DNA from: a virus
DNA length: 64,000 nucleotides
Direction: 5' to 3' (one strand)
Virus record (IMG/VR): IMGVR_UViG_3300009151_000034
Span: 32,001-96,000 of that record
In this document: positions 1 to 10,103 of the stretch, piece by piece
How the letters are laid out: every line of letters starts with the position of its first letter
How positions within the stretch are numbered: the first letter of the stretch is position 1
The notes under the pieces: generated by a model
The model's input: only the letters and a program-made list of their open reading frames with translations
What the model was told of the DNA's origin: nothing
Databases searched by the model: none
Translations under genes and position numbers: made by a program

Positions 1-200
1 AGAATCCAACTCATAAACTGGTCGTTGTAATAACGATTGGATATGGTATCGGCTCTTTCCCCTGAATTTACATCATATTGATAATAAAGATATGGATTTT
101 GATATATTGTGTTTAAAATACCAACTCGTTTTGTGATATCCACTACCTGATGACCGTTGTAAGTTATTGTAGGAAACTTTTCAAAATATCTTTCAACCAT
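1..200 (-). CDS. gp53: Baseplate wedge subunit (3' part outside window)
   Basis: Manual translation MVERYFEKFPTITY...VDITKR...ERADTISNRYYNDQFMSWIL matches the gp53 N-terminus; follows gp48. Confidence 0.85.
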   Translation of the reverse strand, partial: MVERYFEKFPTITYNGHQVVDITKRVGILNTIYQNPYLYYQYDVNSGERADTISNRYYNDQFMSWI

Positions 201-201
201 A

Positions 202-1230
202 TTATTGAACTCCTACAGGCGTTGGTGGTTTAGAAGGTGCTGCTGGATAATATCCTGGATTATTTGGCATATTAGAATTTGGTCCAGTGTAATTAGAAGC
301 ATTGAAATCTTTTTGTGACCAGATTTCGATTTCCATCAAAGTCATACTTAATCTTACAGCAGTTGGTGCATTAAGAGATTTGAAGAACGAAGGAGCAACA
401 CCAGGAGCATAATCAATTGAGATATTTGTAATAACACATGGCTTCATATCAAAAAGAAATTCACTAGGATTTAATGTCACATAAGCAATATCAGGATAAT
501 TAAAGAAAATTCCTCCACCGGCCTGCATTGAAGTATCAAGTCCTGGTAAACTATGGAATTTGAATTGCTGAACTATCTTACGCAAATCTTGAGATTCTTT
601 TTGGTTTTTTGGTGTCAATATCCAATCAAAATTATGTTCTTTAAAGTTTACGTTTTCGAACATGGCAGTTAAAAATGGATTAAGCGCAAGTCCTGTAAGA
701 GAACTTGCCGCACCATACGCAGTATTATAACCTCTAAGAACATCACCGGCAGCACCCGCAGCTATATTACCCACAGTCATAGCACCACCAATGACTTTAT
801 TTTTTAAATTTTCTATGCTACTAGTTTTAATATCATTAAATCCTTTTTTAATATTATCCGCTGACATACCAGTTAATGCTTCTGATCCAGCACCAAAAAG
901 ACCGCCAAGACCTTGATGCCCGTAATGAATATTCATTTGGTCACGAAGGTTTTTTGGCAAGGGCAGACGTATTGTTCCTGTAGATGCTGGTGCAGAAGAA
1001 TTATTAATAGCACTTTGTTTTCCTAGTGATCTTCTTTGATATTTTACAAAACGAAAAGTAATATAAAAATTTCTATTAGAGGCAGCCGAAATTAAATCAT
1101 TAGGAAATATATAATTTCCTTGATAATTATTTGTGTTGTTGTTTGTAAGAGCATTAACCCCAGATACTGCAAAATCTGCTGCACCTACTAAAGCTGTTCC
1201 TGCTTTGACAACATCAGGTATTGATGACAT
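202..1230 (-). CDS. gp48: Baseplate tail tube cap
   Basis: LPLPKNL..NPFLTAMFENVNFKEHNFDW..YPD..KPCVITNISIDY motifs; T4-like synteny. Confidence 0.8.
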   Translation of the reverse strand: MSSIPDVVKAGTALVGAADFAVSGVNALTNNNTNNYQGNYIFPNDLISAASNRNFYITFRFVKYQRRSLGKQSAINNSSAPASTGTIRLPLPKNLRDQMNIHYGHQGLGGLFGAGSEALTGMSADNIKKGFNDIKTSSIENLKNKVIGGAMTVGNIAAGAAGDVLRGYNTAYGAASSLTGLALNPFLTAMFENVNFKEHNFDWILTPKNQKESQDLRKIVQQFKFHSLPGLDTSMQAGGGIFFNYPDIAYVTLNPSEFLFDMKPCVITNISIDYAPGVAPSFFKSLNAPTAVRLSMTLMEIEIWSQKDFNASNYTGPNSNMPNNPGYYPAAPSKPPTPVGVQ

Positions 1231-1241
1231 CGATATTCCCT

Positions 1242-1271
1242 TATAAATACTCTGGTTCTCTTTTATTTATA
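1242..1271. promoter_or_regulatory. Divergent pair of T4-type late promoters
   Basis: TATAAATA at 1242-1249 (+) and 1264-1271 (-) between gp48 and gp4. Confidence 0.8.
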
Positions 1272-1284
1272 ATGAATGTAAAAT

Positions 1285-1734
1285 ATGGCAAGAAAATATC
1301 TACAAGGCACTTTTAAACCAAGAAGCCCAAATAAATACAAAGGCGATCCTAGCAAAATTATTTATCGTTCTTCATGGGAATTAAAACTCATGATGAGACT
1401 TGATGAACATCCTAATGTTATTTGGTGGAAATCTGAGGAACTTGCAATACCTTATCGATCTCCCGTTGACGGAAAACTGCATCGATACTTTCCTGATTTT
1501 ATTGTAAATATTAAAAACAAACAAGGAGTTATTGAGACTTTGATGATCGAGGTTAAGCCTTCCAAAGAAACAAAAGAACCTAAAAAACAAACAACTGTCA
1601 CCAAAAGTTATATTCGAGAAGTATTTACTTGGGGTATAAATAGTGAGAAATGGCGTATGGCAGAAGAATATTGTAAAGATCGCGGATGGAAGTTTTGTAT
1701 CTTCACCGAAAAAGAATTAAACATAAGGTTATAA
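1285..1734 (+). CDS. gp4: Head completion nuclease
   Basis: KYKGDP..YRSSWE..HRYFPDF..IEVKP motifs (T4 gp4 family). Confidence 0.92.
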   Translation: MARKYLQGTFKPRSPNKYKGDPSKIIYRSSWELKLMMRLDEHPNVIWWKSEELAIPYRSPVDGKLHRYFPDFIVNIKNKQGVIETLMIEVKPSKETKEPKKQTTVTKSYIREVFTWGINSEKWRMAEEYCKDRGWKFCIFTEKELNIRL

Positions 1735-2337
1735 ATGACATCATATATTTTTCAGCAACTGGCTAACAAGGGTAGGGCAGAAGGGATCGATGAGACCATT
1801 CGCCAAAAAGATACTCGCACATGGTTTAGACAGGCTGCCCAAGATATAAGAACGGTCAACAAGAACCGCATGATGAACGACAAAAACAACATCCAACCAA
1901 TTTTAAATATTAAAAGTATTGGTAGAATGTATATGTTTTTCTATGACCCAAAACATAAAGCCACGTTGCCTTATTATGATACTTTTCCATTGATTTTTCC
2001 TCTCAAATTTTATGACGATGGATTTCTTGGTATAAATCTCCATTACCTTCCGCCAGTGCTTCGTGCAAAATTAATGGATGCTTTATATAAGACTAGCAAC
2101 AATCAAAAATATGATGAAACAACCAAACTAAAAATTTCTTATGATATTCTTGATTCGGCGTCAAAATTTAAGTGGTTTGAGCCATGTGTGAAACGTTATT
2201 TGTGGGATCATGTTCGCAGTAAATATCTAAATATAGAACCTAGAATGTGGGATGCTGCTTTATTTCTACCCACGGAAAGATTCAAAAAAGCAACAAAACA
2301 GACGGTCTGGAAAGATTCACGAGGAATGATAAAGTAA
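1735..2337 (+). CDS. gp2: DNA end protector protein
   Basis: GRMYMFFYDPK..LPYYDTFPL..GINLHYL..PCVKRYL. Confidence 0.93.
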   Translation: MTSYIFQQLANKGRAEGIDETIRQKDTRTWFRQAAQDIRTVNKNRMMNDKNNIQPILNIKSIGRMYMFFYDPKHKATLPYYDTFPLIFPLKFYDDGFLGINLHYLPPVLRAKLMDALYKTSNNQKYDETTKLKISYDILDSASKFKWFEPCVKRYLWDHVRSKYLNIEPRMWDAALFLPTERFKKATKQTVWKDSRGMIK

Positions 2338-2987
2338 TGGCATTCGATATAGCAAGTTTTTCATCACATATTGGTGCTACGGGAACGTTACGAAATAACA
2401 GATTTTATGTCTCGATGGTTCCTCCAAAATCATTACCTTTTAGTATAACACTAAGTCGTCTCTTTTCGTATCGTGCAGAAAGTATTCACTTGCCTGGAGC
2501 TATTCTTGATATGATAGGCAATCGAGTTTATGGTCTTGGCGTTGAAAAGAAATTTGCTGATGATATTCGTTTCACCGATAACACCATAACATTCTTAGAA
2601 GATGGTGGAAATTCCATATATAAATTTTTCTATGCATGGATGAATACCATCATTGATTTCACTGGGTCTACATCACAACTTACGTATGCAGGGCAACCAT
2701 CATACCGAGTAGAATATAAAGACAATATCATTACTGACATATACATTTATGTTCTTGATGCTTCAGGATTTTTAATTTCGACTGTAGTTCTTCGTGAGGC
2801 TTTTCCGTCTTCCGTAAATGATATAAATTTGGATTGGAATGCAAAAAGTGATTTGATGAAAGTTGTCGTAAATTTCACGTATAGCAGTTGGTATATTCAG
2901 AATTTGAATGTTCCAATTCCATTCTCACCACCTGTTAGTTCATCACCACAGGCCTTTGAAACGTTCAATCAGGCCATATCCAACTGA
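2337..2987 (+). CDS. gp54: Baseplate tail tube initiator (tail-tube fold)
   Basis: Start MAFDI overlaps gp2 stop (TAATG); NRFYV..LPG..FYAWM..EAFP..VNFTY. Confidence 0.75.
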   Translation: MAFDIASFSSHIGATGTLRNNRFYVSMVPPKSLPFSITLSRLFSYRAESIHLPGAILDMIGNRVYGLGVEKKFADDIRFTDNTITFLEDGGNSIYKFFYAWMNTIIDFTGSTSQLTYAGQPSYRVEYKDNIITDIYIYVLDASGFLISTVVLREAFPSSVNDINLDWNAKSDLMKVVVNFTYSSWYIQNLNVPIPFSPPVSSSPQAFETFNQAISN

Positions 2988-3051
2988 GTCTGTTACTTTT
3001 AAACTACCATCTTTAATTTCACCTGCCAATTAGTATTAAAGGATTTATATT

Positions 3052-3762
3052 ATGGCTTTACCGAAAATAAAATTTCCAACCTATGAATTGACGATTCCTT
3101 CTACCAAGAAAAAAGAAACATTTCGTCCGTTTCTTGTTCGTGAAGAAAAAATTCTACTCATGGCAAAACAATCTGAAGACCCAACAGAAATGTTTCGGGC
3201 TATCAAACAAGTCGTAAACAACTGCGCTATCGATACCAATTTTGATGTTGATAAGTTAACCATTTTTGATATGGAATATATTTTCCTTCGTATCAGAGCA
3301 TTTTCGGTTAACAACATCGTTAAGGTTTCGTATCGGGATAATGAAGATCAACAAATTTATGAATTCGAAATTGATCTAAACAAAGTTGATGTTAAGTTTC
3401 CAGAAAACGTTAACAATATTATTAAGATAACCGAAGAAACTGGTCTGAGAATGAAATATCCTTCTGCCATTCTTTTCAATGATACCGAATTTTTCCAGAG
3501 TGGCGATGATTCTTTTTATGAACTTATTATTCGTTGCATTGATACAATCTTTGATGGTGATGATTTATACAACCCCGCCGACTATACCAAAGAAGATATC
3601 GAAGAATTTTTGAATCAGGTTGGTGTTAATACGTATCAAGAAATTGTTAAATTTATGGAAAACACTCCAAAACTCAATCATACACTAGAATATACAAATT
3701 CTAGTGGAACACCGAGAACTATCGAACTCACCACGCTAACCGATTTTTTTACCTTGGGCTGA
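3052..3762 (+). CDS. gp26: Baseplate hub assembly protein
   Basis: MALPKI..FRPFLVREEKILLMA..FDMEYIFLRIRA. Confidence 0.9.
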   Translation: MALPKIKFPTYELTIPSTKKKETFRPFLVREEKILLMAKQSEDPTEMFRAIKQVVNNCAIDTNFDVDKLTIFDMEYIFLRIRAFSVNNIVKVSYRDNEDQQIYEFEIDLNKVDVKFPENVNNIIKITEETGLRMKYPSAILFNDTEFFQSGDDSFYELIIRCIDTIFDGDDLYNPADYTKEDIEEFLNQVGVNTYQEIVKFMENTPKLNHTLEYTNSSGTPRTIELTTLTDFFTLG

Positions 3763-3935
3763 GTCATAACACCTTAGAGAATTATTATATTTCTATGTTC
3801 TCTTTGATTCAGCACCATAAATATAGCATAACCGAAATCGAGGACTTAATACCTTTTGAGCGTGATCTTTTTGTTGAAATGTTGTTATCATATTTGAAAG
3901 AACTCGAAGAACATAGGAACAACGCTAATGGCTAA
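3744..3935 (+). CDS. gp51: Baseplate hub assembly catalyst (likely reached by -1 frameshift from gp26; first in-frame ATG at 3795)
   Basis: -1 frame reads FFYLGLSHNTLENYYISMFSLIQHHKYSITEIEDLIPFERDLF; missing from ORF track. Confidence 0.8.
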   Translation, partial: FFYLGLSHNTLENYYISMFSLIQHHKYSITEIEDLIPFERDLFVEMLLSYLKELEEHRNNANG

Positions 3936-4509
3936 ATTTGCTGTAAAAGACCTAAATGATGATGATACCCCAATAAAGCCATCACATGATGAAGTGCTGG
4001 CGATGAATGGTATTCCGCCTGAACCCCCCATTCGGCCAATTCCCCAAATTACACAGCCTATGGTATCAGTTCCTACACCGCAACCAATTCCTGTTGTTAC
4101 AGTTGGTGATACTGGTTTGGGGGCATCAATAATAGCACAGCAAACCGTTCAGGCACAATCCATTCAGGCCACAGCACAAGCACAGGCTCAGGTTGGTGTT
4201 GCCCAGGCTGCTATTGATAATAAAATTGTTGACGAGCAGATTAAAAAAGAAGAAGAACATTGGGTAAAATCTTATTGGCGTCCTGCAATGGGTTGGCTGT
4301 ATATGGTAATTTGTTTTATGGATTTTATTGGATTTCCATTCATTTCTATGTTTTTACCTATAATATTCAAACATGACGGCATTGTATCAAATTATGTTGC
4401 TTGGCAAAGTTTGTCTTTAAGCAATGGTGGTCTTATTCATCTTGCATTCGGAGCAATTCTTGGTGTTTCTGCCTGGACACGCGGACAAGAAAAAATAGCT
4501 AAAATATAA
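3928..4509 (+). CDS. Holin-like membrane protein (3TM/GTA holin-like)
   Basis: WRPAMGWLY..GLIHLAFGAILG..RGQEK with hydrophobic helices. Confidence 0.6.
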   Translation: MAKFAVKDLNDDDTPIKPSHDEVLAMNGIPPEPPIRPIPQITQPMVSVPTPQPIPVVTVGDTGLGASIIAQQTVQAQSIQATAQAQAQVGVAQAAIDNKIVDEQIKKEEEHWVKSYWRPAMGWLYMVICFMDFIGFPFISMFLPIIFKHDGIVSNYVAWQSLSLSNGGLIHLAFGAILGVSAWTRGQEKIAKI

Positions 4510-7157
4510 TGGCAATGAAGAAAAATCTTCCAAAAAAATCAAAAAGTGGTGACGGAAAAAACATATTCAAAGCTGGTGCTAATACTTTTGATAAAATGTT
4601 TCCTGCTTTTGCATCAAAAAACAAATATAAAAGTAAAGAAGATTCAGATCAGAAAGAAGAAAGAAATTCTTTTGAGACTCGCAGAACTATGGGCGAAGCT
4701 GCTGCAAATGTTGTCGAAAAATTAAAAGAAACTTCATCACTAGTTAAACTTTCTCTTTACGAAACAACCAAGCATAACGAATTACTACAAAAAATTATCG
4801 ACGCTTATCATGATGATTCTGGTTTTGATTTTCCTGATCTTCCAAGATTGAAATTGAAAGGACGTAGAGCAATAAGAAGCGCCGCAGAACGCAAAGCTGA
4901 AAGGGCTAGACGTAAAGCTGAAGAAAAAGCAAAAAAAGCAGAAGAGGCTAGACGTAAAGCAGAAAGCGAAAGAAAGGCAGCAGAAGAAGCTAGACGTAAA
5001 GCAGAAAACGAAAGAATTGAAGCGGAAAAAAGATTAAAAGATGCTCAAAATAAAGCAGAAAGCGAAAGAATAGAAGCTGAAAAAAGATTAAAAGATGCCG
5101 AAAAAAGAGCAATAGAAGCTGAAAAAAGAGCAATAGAAGCTGAAAAAAGCTTAAAAAATGCTCAAAATATAGCAAACAAAGAACCAATACCTACAGAACT
5201 AAAACCATTAGAACAAGTAAAACCAGTAGAACGAGAATCTGTTACTCGTGACGGCAGACCATCTAATATTCCTGATGAAATATACGTATTAAACGGTAAA
5301 CGTTATGGTAAATTTAAAAACGGTGGTTGGGCAGTGGAAACTTCATTAGGTAAATGGGGCATTTCACCCGGCGGTGAAACATTAAACCAATTAAAAAAGA
5401 TGAGAGAACAAGTTATTTCTGGTAAGAAACCGTCAACTATTACAACAACACCTAACAAAAATTTAACAACTGAAATGAAAACTGCCCTGGCCATGGGGAA
5501 AAGTGCAATTATCAGTAGTGGCACTAGGTTTGGTGCCGATCTGCGTGGTGCGACTAATATTGCTGGCGGTGCTATTATTTTAGGTTTAATTATCCGTGAT
5601 ATAGCACATGGTGATATTAAAGGGGCTTTGGAAACTGGAAAAATTACCGCTGCTGGAATTTTAATATCACCAGCGGCAGGATTTATACTTCGGGGCGCAG
5701 CAAAAAGTGCTATGATGCCAATACTTGCGACTGCTGCTGCTAAACTTATTCCTGGCGTTGGTTTACTTGCTACTTTTTATTCTATGGCAGTAAGATTATT
5801 TTATGATCCGAAAAATCCTGATTGGGTTGGCGCGGGGCTTGATTTGGTATCAGGGATTGCAATTTATTTTGGTCCTATTGGTGCGGCAATTTCGATAGGC
5901 ATAACTGTTGCGTCTCTTGCAAGAGATATTTACGCTATTGTATATGGTGTTCAAATTGAACAAGATACCTATTTTAATGAAAAACTTGCTCTTCTAGAAA
6001 TTTATGTAAAAGAAGCATTGGTCGAAGTAATTCAGCATTTTGCAGATATTAGAAAAGAAATTACACAATCGGCTATTATTTCTCCTAGTAACATGCCAAC
6101 TTTTGATATGGAAGCTTTTCCGAAGGGAATTATCACTGAAAAAGATGCTGAAAAATATGCCATGAGTTATGGTTTAATTCCAAACACCAAATTATATAAT
6201 GATTGGATGGAAAATTGGAAAAACCAAAAAAAATCAGGAGTGTCACCAATTGGATTTTTTACATCAAATATGGGAGCCGATAATTTAGAATTAAAGTCTC
6301 TCACCTTTGATGCCACTAAAATCACCATAGATGCAGAAGAATTTTTGATGACCAACAATAATCTTGGTTATGGTGGTGGTGCTGTTAGTCCTGGAATGAA
6401 AAATTTTGGCGCTGGTAGTGGTTTCCAAAATGCATCATATTCTCCACCAATGAACAATTTTGCAGCGCCTTCTGCTGCTGGTCGTGTTGATGCTCCTAGT
6501 ATTACTTCTACTCCTGGAATTGGTTTAGGAAGAACTGATACGGGACCAAATCTTCCTGCGAAAGACATAATTGATTTTTTCGTTTCGCAAGGATGGACAC
6601 CAGAACAAGCTGCTGGTATTGCTGGTAATCTTCAGCAAGAAAGTAGTCTCGATCATACACAATCTACTGTGCAAGAAAATAATGGTGTAGAATATTACGG
6701 TCTTGCCCAATGGTCCCCAGAAAGACAAGCAAATTTTAAAAAACTTTACGGAAAAGACATAAGACAATCAACTGCTCTTGAACAACTACAATTTATACAA
6801 GATGAATTGTCAGGCAAATATAAAAGAGTTGCTGAAGCATTGCGCCAAGAAACAACACCAGAAGGCGCTGCAAAATTATTTAATGAAAAATACGAAGTCG
6901 GATCAGAAGTTGAAAAAAGAATGGGATACGGAAAAGATTTCTTTTCGCAATATTCAAATCAAGGGTCTAATTTAAATAATCTATCAAGAAACCAAGCAGC
7001 ACAACAGCAACGAAACAGGAATATAGAAGTTCCTGGCCAACAACAAAACAACAATCAAAACGGAATGGGAAATATGTCTCCACCACCAAATCCTGGTAAT
7101 AGTCGTTCATATGGCGAGTCCGCAGCTAATCGAATTATAGAACTAACGGGTGCATAA
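4509..7157 (+). CDS. Tape-measure-like virion protein with C-terminal phage tail lysozyme domain
   Basis: Coiled-coil repeats, hydrophobic mid region, AAGIAGNLQQESS..GLAQW..EQLQFI; follows gp26/51. Confidence 0.7.
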   Translation: MAMKKNLPKKSKSGDGKNIFKAGANTFDKMFPAFASKNKYKSKEDSDQKEERNSFETRRTMGEAAANVVEKLKETSSLVKLSLYETTKHNELLQKIIDAYHDDSGFDFPDLPRLKLKGRRAIRSAAERKAERARRKAEEKAKKAEEARRKAESERKAAEEARRKAENERIEAEKRLKDAQNKAESERIEAEKRLKDAEKRAIEAEKRAIEAEKSLKNAQNIANKEPIPTELKPLEQVKPVERESVTRDGRPSNIPDEIYVLNGKRYGKFKNGGWAVETSLGKWGISPGGETLNQLKKMREQVISGKKPSTITTTPNKNLTTEMKTALAMGKSAIISSGTRFGADLRGATNIAGGAIILGLIIRDIAHGDIKGALETGKITAAGILISPAAGFILRGAAKSAMMPILATAAAKLIPGVGLLATFYSMAVRLFYDPKNPDWVGAGLDLVSGIAIYFGPIGAAISIGITVASLARDIYAIVYGVQIEQDTYFNEKLALLEIYVKEALVEVIQHFADIRKEITQSAIISPSNMPTFDMEAFPKGIITEKDAEKYAMSYGLIPNTKLYNDWMENWKNQKKSGVSPIGFFTSNMGADNLELKSLTFDATKITIDAEEFLMTNNNLGYGGGAVSPGMKNFGAGSGFQNASYSPPMNNFAAPSAAGRVDAPSITSTPGIGLGRTDTGPNLPAKDIIDFFVSQGWTPEQAAGIAGNLQQESSLDHTQSTVQENNGVEYYGLAQWSPERQANFKKLYGKDIRQSTALEQLQFIQDELSGKYKRVAEALRQETTPEGAAKLFNEKYEVGSEVEKRMGYGKDFFSQYSNQGSNLNNLSRNQAAQQQRNRNIEVPGQQQNNNQNGMGNMSPPPNPGNSRSYGESAANRIIELTGA

Positions 7158-7160
7158 AAA

Positions 7161-9050
7161 ATGGCAAATAAAGATAGACCGTCAGGAGCGCCATCATCAG
7201 AGGAAATAGCCAATTACCAAAATCTTTTAAAGAGACTGGCAAAAGAAAATCCTCCTTCTGATAAAATTGAAGAAACAAAAGAAATTGCGCCTGATGATAG
7301 CATCGTCGTCACTAATATTTCTGGTGAAAAAAAGAAAGTTAAACTTAAAAACGTTTCTGATTTCAACATCAAAGAGGCAGCCAAAAAGAAAGGAAACAAT
7401 CCTCTTATTAAAGCTGGTGTTGGTCTTTTTGATAAAATGTTTCCAGGACTTAGTAAAATTATTGATCAGTTTTCCAAAGGCGAAAAAAAAGCCCGCGATG
7501 AAAATAAACAAACCGCAACTTCCACAACTATTGCTTTTAATGGTATTGCAGAACAAATAGGAAATAGCAACAAACTACTTTCTAGTTCGCTGGAAGAACA
7601 AACCAAAACCACAGATTTACTTGAAAAACTTTTAAAAAAAGTTTCTGGTGATAGCATTGTTCCTATACCAAAAGGGTTTCCTAGTTTGTTGATGGGGATA
7701 TGGAGTAAGGCACCATCAAAATTAAAATGGGGTTTGGCTGCTGCTGGGCTTGCATTGACTGCATTAGGTCTTAGTCGTTTTTTTGCATCTGGTGAAAATG
7801 AAAAATCTGAAGAAGAACAAGATCAAGATCAACTAGAAGAAGATGATAGAGAAAGTTCAAGATTGGGCAGAGGAGATGATGATAATATAACATTACCTCC
7901 ACCACCACCGCCAGAACCAGTAACACCAAATCAAATTAGCCCAGCACCAGTAATTGCCGAATCTTCACCTATGATTTCACAGGCGGGACCAGGACAAAGA
8001 GATGAACCAGGACAAGTAAATACCCCACCATCAGCAATACCACAACCATCAAGTCAAGGTTCTTCGGGAAGTGGTATTATGCCACAACCCCCCGTAAATA
8101 GTAATCAAAGTGGTTTAAATTCGGGTTCTAAATTTAATAATGTTGGTGGTGGAGGTGGAATCGAAACCGCATCATATAAACCCCCAAATATAAGTGGTAG
8201 TGCATTTACACCATCATTGAACCCAAGTAACAAAACTAGCAACGATAATGATAAGATCGTTATCAAAGCAGATGAAATTACATTTTCTGCAAGTAAATTT
8301 ATTTTGAATAAAAGAAATAATGAAGCACCAATACCAGGATTTGGTGGCGGCGATGGTGGTGGAGGTGGAGGTGGTGGCGGTGGTGGTGGAGGTGGTGGCG
8401 GTGGTGGAAAAAAACCTGATGTTGACAGAGTTGATTCTAATGTCCTGCAAATGGTCGATTCACTAAAACAAACTTTGGGTAAAGACTTGGTGATTAGCAG
8501 TGGTTTTAGAGCAGAACCAACTCCTGGCATTGAGGGCAATCCACATGACACAGAAAAAGCAGTAGATATATCCGTCAGTCAAAGCAAATTAAGCGATGAT
8601 GATGTTCGGGCATTAACCAAAGCAGCGTTAAGTGCCGGATTTACTGGTATTGGCGTGGAAGGCAATCACGTCCATCTTGATACTTCTCATAGTCAAAAAA
8701 CTCTATGGGGAAAAGATGGTCATTTTGGTTCTGCACCTGATTGGGCCAAACAATTAACCAATTGGAATAATGCAGTTGGTGGTAGTTCTGGTGGAGGGTC
8801 TATGGCTTCAATTATGCCAAAAGATACTCATGGACCTGCTTTGAGTAATGCTTCTGCACAATATTCTGCCGCACAAAATGCTCCGCCAAAATTTACAATT
8901 ACGCCACCGTCAAACACACAAACATCTCAGCCTATTAATAATCCAGGCATTTCAATAGTTCAGCCTTCTGTTGATAAAAATGAACCAGGAAATTTAGAAC
9001 CGCCTGATTGGGCAACTCGTTATCCACGTTATTTTTCTTTTGCTGCATAA
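7161..9050 (+). CDS. Tape-measure/hub-like virion protein with peptidase M15-like domain
   Basis: ISSGFR..NPHDTEKAVDI..HVHLD zinc-peptidase motif; Pro/Gly-rich linkers. Confidence 0.65.
   Translation: MANKDRPSGAPSSEEIANYQNLLKRLAKENPPSDKIEETKEIAPDDSIVVTNISGEKKKVKLKNVSDFNIKEAAKKKGNNPLIKAGVGLFDKMFPGLSKIIDQFSKGEKKARDENKQTATSTTIAFNGIAEQIGNSNKLLSSSLEEQTKTTDLLEKLLKKVSGDSIVPIPKGFPSLLMGIWSKAPSKLKWGLAAAGLALTALGLSRFFASGENEKSEEEQDQDQLEEDDRESSRLGRGDDDNITLPPPPPPEPVTPNQISPAPVIAESSPMISQAGPGQRDEPGQVNTPPSAIPQPSSQGSSGSGIMPQPPVNSNQSGLNSGSKFNNVGGGGGIETASYKPPNISGSAFTPSLNPSNKTSNDNDKIVIKADEITFSASKFILNKRNNEAPIPGFGGGDGGGGGGGGGGGGGGGGGGKKPDVDRVDSNVLQMVDSLKQTLGKDLVISSGFRAEPTPGIEGNPHDTEKAVDISVSQSKLSDDDVRALTKAALSAGFTGIGVEGNHVHLDTSHSQKTLWGKDGHFGSAPDWAKQLTNWNNAVGGSSGGGSMASIMPKDTHGPALSNASAQYSAAQNAPPKFTITPPSNTQTSQPINNPGISIVQPSVDKNEPGNLEPPDWATRYPRYFSFAA
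8342..8408 (+). repeat. GGN trinucleotide tract encoding poly-Gly
   Basis: ggtggcggcgatggtggtggaggtgga... seen directly. Confidence 0.9.
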
Positions 9051-9084
9051 AAAAAGGTGTTGTAATCAAATACAACACCTTTTT
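9049..9084. terminator. Bidirectional intrinsic terminator
   Basis: A-tract-GGTGTTGTA-loop-TACAACACC-T-tract between convergent genes. Confidence 0.85.
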
Positions 9085-9096
9085 AAAGTTTAAAAC

Positions 9097-10020
9097 TTAT
9101 TTTTCAGCAAGCTTCTTGAAGAACTCCATATCCTCGTCATCATCATCGGTATTGACTACAGGAAGTGTGGCCTTTGCCTTTGGTGTATCGTGCCAAGGAA
9201 CTTCATCATCAATTTCACTCTTCTTGGAATGAACGGCAGCACGCCTTGCAGCAGGAGCCTCTGTATTACCAAGAACCAAGTCAAGACGCTTCTTAAGATC
9301 AACATAAGGCTTGAAGTTAGACTCAGAAATAAATGCCTGAACCGAATGTTCTTGCTTCCAGATCGTCTCTAGTTCACCATCATCATCCGAAAGTGGTGAT
9401 GTGTCAGCAAAACCAGACTGATCATAGTTGCGTTGCTTGTCAACCGTGCGAATCTTAATCTTGAAATTAGCACCAGCCCAAAGATCGAACGGATTAAACT
9501 TCTGTTCGTCTTCAAACGCAGGGTTCATCGCAGAATTGATCTTATCGAAAATCTTCTTGCCAAACTTAAACAAAAACACCTTGCCGTTATTCTCTGGGTT
9601 TAGCTTGTCTTCAATGACAAAAATATTGCAGATAAAACGAAGATTACGCTTTTGAGCACGAGCCTGTTTACGAGTAGGTGAATCGTCATCAGTAGAAACA
9701 TTCCATAGCTTGCTGTTTACTTCTGCGACCGGATCGGCATTACCTGAACCTAGCGTGGTGCGAGAATTTTCGATATACCACTGACCAGTCGGACCCTTGA
9801 AGCTATGTTCCCAGAGACGAACGAAAGGTGTTGATTCATCCCCTGGTGCTGGTAGGAAACGAATAACAGCAAACCCATTACCTGCCTTATCAATGTTTGG
9901 ATACCAGAATCGATTATCTTGCCAACTTTCTGCTGGTGTAGACAACTTAGCTAGATCACCTGAAAGCTTATCGAGTGAAGCCTTACCTGAATTAGCTCGT
10001 AGTTTAGTAAAATCTGACAT
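9097..10020 (-). CDS. gp32: Single-stranded DNA-binding protein
   Basis: DKAGNGFAVIRFLP..WYIENS..FKFGKKIFDKI..NPFD..GANF; acidic tail ending FFKKLA. Confidence 0.97.
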   Translation of the reverse strand: MSDFTKLRANSGKASLDKLSGDLAKLSTPAESWQDNRFWYPNIDKAGNGFAVIRFLPAPGDESTPFVRLWEHSFKGPTGQWYIENSRTTLGSGNADPVAEVNSKLWNVSTDDDSPTRKQARAQKRNLRFICNIFVIEDKLNPENNGKVFLFKFGKKIFDKINSAMNPAFEDEQKFNPFDLWAGANFKIKIRTVDKQRNYDQSGFADTSPLSDDDGELETIWKQEHSVQAFISESNFKPYVDLKKRLDLVLGNTEAPAARRAAVHSKKSEIDDEVPWHDTPKAKATLPVVNTDDDDEDMEFFKKLAEK

Positions 10021-10090
10021 TATATTCTCCGTATTTGCTTGTATGTTTTATATATTTTGTATGATGAGAAAGACCATCTCTCACATCATT
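10021..10090 (-). promoter_or_regulatory. Putative gp32 autogenous translational operator
   Basis: Hairpin followed by a long unstructured A-rich tract before the RBS, resembling the T4 gene 32 leader. Confidence 0.4.
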
Positions 10091-10103
10091 ATTTAGTATA
10101 ACT

